NCBI GenBank assembly: GCA_020632515.1
Contig: JACKFK010000010.1
Location: 35,735-99,734 of the forward strand
DNA: 64,000 nucleotides
Direction: 5' to 3'
DNA from: Candidatus Omnitrophota bacterium
GTDB taxonomy: Bacteria > Omnitrophota > Gorgyraeia > Zapsychrales > Zapsychraceae
The translations under genes were made by a program, and so were the position numbers. The notes beneath the pieces were generated by a model. It saw nothing but the letters and a program-made list of their open reading frames with translations. It ran no database searches and had not been told where the DNA came from. The number at the start of each line of letters is the position of its first letter. Position 1 is the first letter of the stretch. Shown piece by piece: positions 1 to 7,350 of the stretch.

Positions 1-2027
1 TATTCAGCGGTTTCTTTTGATTCAGTAAACACAATAAGCTTATTGGATTTCAAGACAGCTTTATTCTTTAACGCGCGGATAAATTCTTCCAATTTTGGAT
101 CCCGCACAATTTGCTTCCACAAAGATTGAATGACTTTCAAAATCTTAAGATCATTTTTTAGGCAGCCATAAAACTCTGGCTTAAAATCCTTCGCATCATA
201 GCGTTTGGCTTTCTCGGAATCAATTAATTCCTGAATAGCTTTGTCGTCATCAGATTCAATGAGTTCGAATATTTTATTAATATGTTTTTTACTGACATAA
301 ACATTCCCCTTCTCGCACTCGGCAATAAATTTTTCATAGGAAATGATCGTTCGCTCAATTGTTTGTTTAAACGCGTAAAAACTGCTTTCCAGACGTTTGA
401 TAAACAAAATTTTGATAAACTTTCCCATGTTTTTCTGGGCTTGTTCATCGGATTGCTGAACCTCCCCTGTGTAGAAGGTCAATGGCATGTACCGTGCATA
501 TGTAAACTTTTGCGCGATCAGTTCAATTGTATCGGTGAATATTTCATCTTCTTCATCATTAAGTTGATAAAGTAATGGCTTAGGCGGGGCGACATCTGGA
601 AACTTCATCCCCTGTCGCGCCAAGTCTTCACCAAAAAATGCCTCAATCTCTTTACGAGTACGACGCACCATTAAATGCTTCAGCACTTTGTCCCTAATCT
701 CTCTGGCGTTAGCTTTGGCGACAGCCATATATTCATCACGGTCACGCTTTCGATCAAGCTTCTTTAATTTTCTGTCTAATTCATTAAAGAACCGTTCAAG
801 ATCCGGAACGTTTGGAATTGTACTTTTGCGTGTATTTTGAAATAACTTTATTTGACTAAGAATATCCAAAGGGGAATTATTAAAAGGAGTGGCCGTCACA
901 AGGATGACTCTCTTACCTCGGCAAATTTGCGCAAGTTTCGTATAGGTGACATTGTTTTCTGACCGAAAACGATGAGCCTCATCAATAATGATATTCTTGT
1001 ACTTCTCAACACCTTGCTTGATAAGTAAATCAAGTTTACCAATAGACTCATAATCAGCCGCTTCTTTAAAATCAGAGAACGCATTAGGCCATGATCCGGG
1101 ATTACTTCTTTCTAAAAGCACAGGCGGAGCAAGCACCAGTGTTCGCCCGTCACGAAGCTGACTGGCTAATAACGTCGCGATATATGTTTTACCCAAACCG
1201 ACAACATCCGAAATAAACACCCCACCGTATTCTTCCAATATCTTTTTTGCGTTAATAACTGCCTGCTTTTGATATTCCAACTCTTTATAACTCTCCGGAA
1301 TATATTTCATGATAACATCTTGCCCTTGAGCTAGGTCTTCCTTGAAATACTCATATAAAAACTTCAGGTACAATTCATAAGGAGTGACTGAATCATTAAG
1401 CCATGTCCGCTCATTAATTGTTTCAAGATATTTATCCTTAAGATCGACCGCATCTTCCCAGAGTTGATTAAATTTATCCTGAGCAAACTCATAATCCGCG
1501 CGATTTTTAAGTTCAACATTAAACTCAAGATTATCTATTAGTCCAGATTGTGTGAAGTTGCTTGATCCAGTTATAACACGCCCAGCATCACGGTCATCAT
1601 CCAAAAACGTCATAATATAAAGTTTGGCATGAATATTTTTTGATGGATAGGCTTTAATTTCCAGCTTACCTGACTTAAGCCATTCAATGAACTTTTGGAT
1701 ACCTTTTTCAACTTGGACAGAATCGTCAGAGGTTTTTAGTTCTTCAGCAACCATTTCTCCGAAAGTTTCTCTAGCTTCAGGATGGCTAAAGTCAATTTCA
1801 TGCTGAGCTAACACAACTCGATCGTGAGTTTGTTTATCAGTATTTATTCCAATAAGGATGCGAATTTTTTCGGTATTTTCTAATGAAGCGTAAAGGGCAT
1901 GAAAACCACTGGTATAAAAATATCCAACAAGGGCATCAAAGGAACACGTACTTTTAATCAACACACGGAAGCGTTCCGCCAAATTTTGATTCTTTTCATT
2001 GGTAATAAAAGTTAAATCGCTCGACAT
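1..2027 (-). CDS. PLD-like (HKD) nuclease domain fused to SNF2-family helicase; C-terminus runs off the window start
   Basis: My own translation from the ATG at 2027. It is not in the ORF track because it is open at the window edge. Sequence: MSSDLTFITNEKNQ... It has the HKD-type motif NIHAKLYI..ITGSSNFTQSGL, then helicase motif I DVVGLGKTYIA, motif II IIIDEAHRFR and motif III LVTATPFNN. The frame is open for all 675 codons. Confidence 0.8.
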   Translation of the reverse strand, partial: MSSDLTFITNEKNQNLAERFRVLIKSTCSFDALVGYFYTSGFHALYASLENTEKIRILIGINTDKQTHDRVVLAQHEIDFSHPEARETFGEMVAEELKTSDDSVQVEKGIQKFIEWLKSGKLEIKAYPSKNIHAKLYIMTFLDDDRDAGRVITGSSNFTQSGLIDNLEFNVELKNRADYEFAQDKFNQLWEDAVDLKDKYLETINERTWLNDSVTPYELYLKFLYEYFKEDLAQGQDVIMKYIPESYKELEYQKQAVINAKKILEEYGGVFISDVVGLGKTYIATLLASQLRDGRTLVLAPPVLLERSNPGSWPNAFSDFKEAADYESIGKLDLLIKQGVEKYKNIIIDEAHRFRSENNVTYTKLAQICRGKRVILVTATPFNNSPLDILSQIKLFQNTRKSTIPNVPDLERFFNELDRKLKKLDRKRDRDEYMAVAKANAREIRDKVLKHLMVRRTRKEIEAFFGEDLARQGMKFPDVAPPKPLLYQLNDEEDEIFTDTIELIAQKFTYARYMPLTFYTGEVQQSDEQAQKNMGKFIKILFIKRLESSFYAFKQTIERTIISYEKFIAECEKGNVYVSKKHINKIFELIESDDDKAIQELIDSEKAKRYDAKDFKPEFYGCLKNDLKILKVIQSLWKQIVRDPKLEEFIRALKNKAVLKSNKLIVFTESKETAE

Positions 2028-2072
2028 ATTATTAATTCCAATTGATATTTTAACTTTCTATAAGTTCAAATA

Positions 2073-2250
2073 TTAGACATTTTTCCTTGAGTTTATGAAC
2101 TCATCCAAATCCTCTGGCTTAATCCGCCACTTCCCTATTTTGACTGCCTTTATCTCTTTGGCGTTGATTAGGTCTCGAACCCATTCTTCCGTCACATCCA
2201 GTTTTTCTGCCACCTGTCGAACAGTCAAATAATTTTTTAGATCATCCATA
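2073..2250 (-). pseudogene. Excisionase/MerR-type HTH DNA-binding protein, apparently frameshifted
   Basis: The ATG at 2250 gives MDDLKNYLTV. One base later the next frame reads RQVAEKLDVTEEWVRDLINAKEIKAVKIGKWRIKPEDLDEFINSRKNV*, a typical excisionase-family HTH. The span is 178 nt (3n+1), with an extra base in the A3 run at 2220-2222. Alternatively a 46-aa product could start at the GTG at 2213. Confidence 0.5.
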
Positions 2251-2284
2251 TCATGACCTCTCTATTTTGGATTATTTATCAACT

Positions 2285-2328
2285 CCCTATTACTCCATAA
2301 TAGTCCCTATTGTAGTCCTATAAATACT
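2285..2328 (+). repeat. Four phased 10-12 bp direct repeats between the HTH and RadC-like genes
   Basis: CTCCCTATTA / CTCCATAATA / GTCCCTATTGTA / GTCCTATAAATA, read directly from the sequence. Confidence 0.6.
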
Positions 2329-2358
2329 TTTGGTCAAACAATGAAAAAATATATTAAT

Positions 2359-2772
2359 CTACAAATTATTATCATCACAAAAACTGTAATATGAATTATC
2401 CGCAATAATCACATGATCCAATAATTTGATCCCTAAAATATCTCCTGCTTGTTTAAGTTTTTCCGTTGCCCTTATATCTTCTCTTGATGGCTGCGGATTG
2501 CCTGAAGGGTGGTTATGAGCCACGATTAAGGATACGATCCCCTTAATACAAGCCCTTCGATAGATTTCCATAACATGACAAGGACATTGATTAATAGCTC
2601 CTAAATGAACAAGATCAATATATTTTATATGGTTCTGAGCATCTAAACCAATGGCCCAAAAATGTTCTTTTTCTTGATCCAATGGATCTTCTGATTTTAA
2701 AATTTCACCCAGAATATTTTTAATGCTTTCTGAAGACACAACCTGTTCTTTGCTTTTCAATTTGATTTCCAT
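2359..2772 (-). CDS. radC: RadC-like JAB/MPN domain protein
   Basis: It carries the JAB motif VAHNHPSGNPQPSREDI, preceded by HFWAIGLD...YIDLVHLG. The likely start is MEIKLKS at 2772, with AAAGGGG upstream. The ORF track extends it to 2817. Confidence 0.8.
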   Translation of the reverse strand: MEIKLKSKEQVVSSESIKNILGEILKSEDPLDQEKEHFWAIGLDAQNHIKYIDLVHLGAINQCPCHVMEIYRRACIKGIVSLIVAHNHPSGNPQPSREDIRATEKLKQAGDILGIKLLDHVIIADNSYYSFCDDNNL

Positions 2773-3216
2773 GATGATGACCCCTTTCGATTTTTTTGAG
2801 GTCAAAAACCACATCAATAGTCAAGGATTCATGACTACCAAACAATCAGGAATGAACTTGCAGCCGTAAGGCAGTCCTTGACGATGTGGTAAAATCGAGA
2901 AACCCGAATCGAAATATAATATGAGTTATCCCATAAAATAATAACCACTCCTAAGACAAAACGCCTTGTTTAAGCAAATATTGAGACGGTTTAATACAAA
3001 TATTTGTTTGCTGAATATTTCTTGTGGATACTGACGTGATATGGACAGCTTGCACCTGCCCACAACACTTGGATAACTCTGGCGAGTTAACACACAGTAC
3101 CCACAAGTGCTACGGCTAGTTTCAAAATATATAAAATTTACACCATAAAAAAATGATTTATGTTATAGTTATGTTTCCTTACTAATTATCTAAGAGAACA
3201 CTTGGAGGAGAAATAT

Positions 3217-4818
3217 ATGGAACGTATATGCGGATTATATGCCCGTGTTTCAACTGAAATGCAGGCCAATAAACAAGACAGCTCTATCGATACTCAAATC
3301 AGCCGAATGAAAAGCTTTATTTCCTATAAATCCGGTGATAAAGATACTTGGAAGGTAAAAAAGGTTTATCAAGAAAAAGGTAAATCTGGTAAGAATGTCA
3401 ACCGTCCTCAACTTCAGACTCTATTTAAAGATATTAAAGCTGGAAAAATCAATACGGTTGTTTGCGCAAAGATTGATCGCATTAGCCGCTCCCTTCTGGA
3501 TTTCTATAAAATGGTTGATCTATTTGAACAACATAATATTGAGTTTATTTCTCTGGATGAAAGTTTTGATACCTCTACCCCAATGGGTAAGGCTGCCTTA
3601 AAAATTACGCTTGTATTTGCCGAACTTGAACGAGAACAGACCTCCAAACGGACTAAAGAAAAAATGGCGTGGCGTGCTGAACAGGGATTATGGAATGGCG
3701 GACAAATATTAGGTTATGACCTTGTGGATAAAAAATTAGTCGTAAATAAAAAAGAGGCCAAACTTGTGAAACTGATGTATGAAAAATATATCGAGCTTGG
3801 CTCTCTCCTGCAGGTTGCCAATTGGTTAAACGAGCATGGATACAGAACTAAAGAATATGTTGCCAATAAAAGTCAAAAAAAACACGGCGGCTGTAAATTT
3901 ACCAACACTTATGTTTCACATAAATTAAAAAGCCGCGTCAATATTGGAGAAGTTGCTTTGAAAGACAAATATTTCAAAGGACAGCATGAGCCCATTATCG
4001 ACAAAGCTCTGTTTAATCAGGTAAATACATTATTAAACAATCAGTCTCCTACGCGCCGTAATCCAAAGCAGAAAAAAGAGCACACCTTCATCCTTCAATC
4101 ACTTGTTGAATGTGGGAAATGTGGGGCTTACATGACAACCAAATATGCCACGAGTAAAAGCAAAAAACGTCATTTCTATTATCAATGCACAGCCAATTCT
4201 CATGGGGGTAAAAATGCCTGTGAAATGAAATATGTGCCTGCGGAGAAACTTGAAGAATTTGTTATGAATAAAATAAAGTCATTATCTAAAAATCAGGAAT
4301 TCCTGAATCAGATTATTCAAGAAGCCAACAAATCTGTTGATAGTCTTTTAGAAGGACAACTGGAACGCAAAAAAGGTCAGGAAAACAAACTTCTAGCTGT
4401 AAATAACCAGATTGAAAACTTAATTGATGCCATTGCTAATAATAAAGTTTCGAATTTTAAATCTTTGGAAAATAAAATGGCAGATTTGGAGGAACAGAAA
4501 AAACAACTGGAACATGCTGTTAATGTATTAAATTTTGAAATCGAAGATAAGAAACAAAAAGTTTACAATGCGGATGTTGTGCATAAATCTATGAAGAAAT
4601 TTAACGAGATTTATGAAAAAGCCACGCCACAGCAAATCAAAGACCTTCTCCCCTACTTCATAAAAAAGATCATCTTTTCGCCACAAGAAATAAAAATAGC
4701 CCTTTTCGATCAACCGACCGATCAAGGGCTATCTTTTGTTAACCACTCCAGTGAGTGTTCTCTGGAGTTATCTAAATGGCTCCCCCGCGAGGACTCGAAC
4801 CTCGGACCCAGTGGTTAA
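3217..4818 (+). CDS. Large serine recombinase (resolvase/invertase N-domain, recombinase domain, zinc ribbon, coiled coil)
   Basis: MERICGLYARVSTEMQ is the catalytic Ser region. Also present are DRISRSLLDF, the Cys cluster CGKCGAY..YYQC, and a C-terminal coiled coil. GGAGGAG lies upstream of the ATG at 3217. The last ~14 codons lie inside tRNA-Asn. Confidence 0.85.
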   Translation: MERICGLYARVSTEMQANKQDSSIDTQISRMKSFISYKSGDKDTWKVKKVYQEKGKSGKNVNRPQLQTLFKDIKAGKINTVVCAKIDRISRSLLDFYKMVDLFEQHNIEFISLDESFDTSTPMGKAALKITLVFAELEREQTSKRTKEKMAWRAEQGLWNGGQILGYDLVDKKLVVNKKEAKLVKLMYEKYIELGSLLQVANWLNEHGYRTKEYVANKSQKKHGGCKFTNTYVSHKLKSRVNIGEVALKDKYFKGQHEPIIDKALFNQVNTLLNNQSPTRRNPKQKKEHTFILQSLVECGKCGAYMTTKYATSKSKKRHFYYQCTANSHGGKNACEMKYVPAEKLEEFVMNKIKSLSKNQEFLNQIIQEANKSVDSLLEGQLERKKGQENKLLAVNNQIENLIDAIANNKVSNFKSLENKMADLEEQKKQLEHAVNVLNFEIEDKKQKVYNADVVHKSMKKFNEIYEKATPQQIKDLLPYFIKKIIFSPQEIKIALFDQPTDQGLSFVNHSSECSLELSKWLPREDSNLGPSG

Positions 4819-4852
4819 CAGCCACTTGCTCTACCAACTGAGCTACAGGGGA
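4777..4852 (-). tRNA. tRNA-Asn (anticodon GTT), CCA encoded
   Basis: The cloverleaf was folded by hand. The acceptor is TCCCCTG/CGGGGGA, the anticodon stem-loop is AGTGG-CTGTTAA-CCACT, and the T-loop is GGTTCGAGTCC. Length is 76 nt. Confidence 0.9.
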
Positions 4853-4864
4853 ATAATTTTCTAT
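4836..4864. repeat. Direct repeat copy 1 (tRNA-Asn 5' end plus flank)
   Basis: aactgagctacaggggaataattttctat recurs at 5201-5231 with two 1-nt indels. Confidence 0.8.
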
Positions 4865-5109
4865 ACATCTCTTAATTTTTTATTTATTAATTTTCTTCCT
4901 ATACCCGACTTTAAGAACCGTTCCCGTTTTATCGCAAAATTCCTATCTTTATATTCTTCAAAATAAATAAGTTCAAAAGGTTTATTAAGTCGTGTAAACT
5001 TATTTGAACCATCATTATGATCCTTTAAACGTTCCTCAGGTAGTTTACCTGTAAAACCTACATACTTTGTGCCATTCTTTTGACTTCTAAGAATGTAAAC
5101 ATAATACAT
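4861..5109 (-). CDS. GIY-YIG nuclease family small protein
   Basis: MYYVYILRSQKNGTKYVGFTGKLPEERLKDHN... contains the GIY-YIG core with the YVY..YVG motif. The stop codon lies 8 nt from the tRNA-Asn 5' end. Confidence 0.8.
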   Translation of the reverse strand: MYYVYILRSQKNGTKYVGFTGKLPEERLKDHNDGSNKFTRLNKPFELIYFEEYKDRNFAIKRERFLKSGIGRKLINKKLRDV

Positions 5110-5200
5110 ATTCGACACCATCAAAATTGTCTACCTCCGCCAAAAAACTTGGCGGATCCGCCACACAAATCAACCTTTATCCGCCATGCTTTGTGGCGGA

Positions 5201-5231
5201 AACTGAGCTACAGGGGAATAAATTTTTCTAT
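5201..5231. repeat. Direct repeat copy 2 (duplicate of tRNA-Asn 5' end plus flank)
   Basis: aactgagctacaggggaataaatttttctat. A further degenerate copy, gcaggggaataaat, lies at about 5283-5296. Confidence 0.8.
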
Positions 5232-5414
5232 TCCTCACAACTTTGAGCTATCCCGAGCTTCGCTCGGGACTCCTTTCAGTCGCAGGGGAATAAATGTTAT
5301 AAAGAACAAATCCCCCGCCATTAATCAGGGGGATGAACGATTTCAAGACATGCAATGAATTATACAAAAAATAACTTAAATGTCAACCGAATCATTAAAA
5401 TCTGAAAGAGCCTA

Positions 5415-6623
5415 TAGATTGTAACTTTAATTGAGACAAAAAAGAAAAGGCTCCAAAGATCTTAAGAAACCTGTTAATTTGTGATTGACAAGAAAACAAA
5501 AACAGGAGGATCAAATGGAGCCAAATAATAATAGCACTAAAAAGAAAAAATTTACACATTTAAAAGAATCAGAGCGATACAAGATTGAAGTATGGTTGGA
5601 AGAGAAAAAATCTCTTGAAGAAATTGCTAAGAAACTTGGACGAGCGAGATCGACAATCTACCGGGAAATAAAACGAGGATCATTGATGCGACTACATTGG
5701 GATCTAAGTGAGAAAAAACAATACAGAGCCGATGTAGCTCAAAGAGATTATCATAAGAAAGCCAAAAATAAAGGCCGTGAATTAAAAATTGGAAAAGATC
5801 AGCGATTAGAAGACCATATTCGCAGAAAAATACTGAAAGAACGCTACTCCCCTGACGCAGTCATCGGGGAGATTAAAGCACAAGGATTAATCTTTGAAGG
5901 CATGATTTGCACAAAAACTCTTTACAATTATATTGAAGAAGGAATTTTCTCAGGGATCAGCAATGAAAACCTATGGGAAAAACGCAAACGTAGGAAAAAA
6001 CGATATAAAACACTGCTTCGGATAAGCCGCACTAACAGATTGGCCAAAAGCATTGAACAACGCCCCCAAGAAGCCAACCTCCGCAGCGAATACGGTCACT
6101 GGGAAGGTGATTGCATTAAAGGCCCTAAAAAGCGAACAACAAGCCTGTTTACATTAACTGAAAGAAAAACTTTAGAACAGATCATTATCAAGATTGAACG
6201 TAGTTCCCAGGAAGAAATTCATAACGCTCTTAACAACCTCGAAAAGAAACTTAAAGACAGATTCAGAATAAAATTTAAATCCATCACCTTTGACAATGGC
6301 GTAGAATTCTTAGACTGGCAATCACTGGAATTAAGCATCAGAAATCCAAAGAATAAACGTACAAACATCTACTTTGCCCATGCCTATGCCGCCTGGGAAC
6401 GCGGGTCCAACGAAGTTCAAAACAAAATGATCAGAAGATTTATCCCTAAAGGCACTGACATTCATCGAGTCAGTGAAAATCAAATTCAAAACATTCAAAA
6501 TTGGATGAATAATTATCCCAGAAAAAAACTGGCTTACAGGTCGGCCAATCAATTAGCTAAAATATATTCACAAATTAACAATAACTGAAGCCTTGACTTT
6601 GTTGCAATTATTTTTACAATCTA
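5415..6623 (+). mobile_element. IS30-family insertion sequence, apparently intact
   Basis: The terminal inverted repeats are TAGATTGTAACTTTAATTGAGACAAA (left) and TAGATTGTAAAAATAATTGCAACAAA (reverse complement of the right end). The element is flanked by the 15-bp direct repeat aaatctgaaagagcc at 5398-5412 and 6626-6640. Confidence 0.85.
5515..6588 (+). CDS. IS30-family DDE transposase
   Basis: It has an N-terminal HTH (SLEEIAKKLGRARSTIYREIKR) and DDE-region motifs HWEGDCI, TFDNGVEF and YAAWERGSNE. AGGAGG lies upstream of the ATG at 5515. Confidence 0.9.
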   Translation: MEPNNNSTKKKKFTHLKESERYKIEVWLEEKKSLEEIAKKLGRARSTIYREIKRGSLMRLHWDLSEKKQYRADVAQRDYHKKAKNKGRELKIGKDQRLEDHIRRKILKERYSPDAVIGEIKAQGLIFEGMICTKTLYNYIEEGIFSGISNENLWEKRKRRKKRYKTLLRISRTNRLAKSIEQRPQEANLRSEYGHWEGDCIKGPKKRTTSLFTLTERKTLEQIIIKIERSSQEEIHNALNNLEKKLKDRFRIKFKSITFDNGVEFLDWQSLELSIRNPKNKRTNIYFAHAYAAWERGSNEVQNKMIRRFIPKGTDIHRVSENQIQNIQNWMNNYPRKKLAYRSANQLAKIYSQINNN

Positions 6624-6640
6624 CCAAATCTGAAAGAGCC

Positions 6641-7243
6641 TTACTCCAATACTTCCCGGCGGCTGTTAAGCGACATGCTGAGTGTTGACATGTCCGAATA
6701 TTCAACACTACTGCCTACAGGCAGACCAAAACCAATCCGGCTTACACGCACTCCTAAAGGTTTTAATTGTTTAATCAAATACAATGATGTCATCTCGCCT
6801 TCATTATCCGCGTCCGTAGCAATAACAACCTCGTGAATCGCTTCGCTTTTAATCCGGGTCATCAGTTCAGCAATCTTTAAATCATCAGGTCCGCGGCCTT
6901 CCGCTGGTGAGATCGTGCCCAGCAGTACATGATACCGGCCTTTATACGCGCCTGTCTTCTCAATAGCAATCACATCCTTAGGATCTTCCACCACACACAG
7001 GGTAGATTTATCCCGTCGATCATCCTGACATACCGCACAAATCTCCCCTTCACTTAAATGATGACACTGCCGGCAAAACCGCAGACCTTCTTTTAAACGG
7101 ATAATCGCGGCTGCGAATTCTTCGGACTCTTCCTTTGTATGATTTAAAAACCAATAAACCATGCGCTCGGCACTACGCCGGCCAACGCCAGGAAGCTTGA
7201 CCAATTGATCTAATAAATTTTCGATTAGTTTAGGATAACTCAT
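6641..7243 (-). CDS. recR: Recombination protein RecR
   Basis: LPGVGRRSAERM is the HhH region. C4 zinc finger CRQCHHLSEGEICAVC is present. Toprim region VVEDPKDV..IATDADNEGE is present. Confidence 0.95.
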   Translation of the reverse strand: MSYPKLIENLLDQLVKLPGVGRRSAERMVYWFLNHTKEESEEFAAAIIRLKEGLRFCRQCHHLSEGEICAVCQDDRRDKSTLCVVEDPKDVIAIEKTGAYKGRYHVLLGTISPAEGRGPDDLKIAELMTRIKSEAIHEVVIATDADNEGEMTSLYLIKQLKPLGVRVSRIGFGLPVGSSVEYSDMSTLSMSLNSRREVLE

Positions 7244-7350
7244 TAAAAGTCACAAAGTTGCCAAGTCACAATGTCACAGGATTATAAATTTATAAAGTCA
7301 CAATGCTGCCAAGTCACCTTTCACTTTGCGACCTTGCGACCTTGTGACTT
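7244..7350. repeat. Intergenic 'GTCACAA/TTGTGAC' word-repeat hairpin region (family A)
   Basis: The left half carries aagtcacaaagttgccaagtcacaatgtcaca. The right half carries the complementary words ctttgcgaccttgcgaccttgtgactttt. Positions 7247-7271 are identical to 44641-44665. Confidence 0.8.

Noticed and set aside
4736-4966. A 76-aa plus-strand ORF spanning tRNA-Asn, and a 92-aa ORF at 5080-5358
   Set aside because: They read through a tRNA gene, the antisense of the GIY-YIG gene and the repeat/hairpin region. There is no coding signal.
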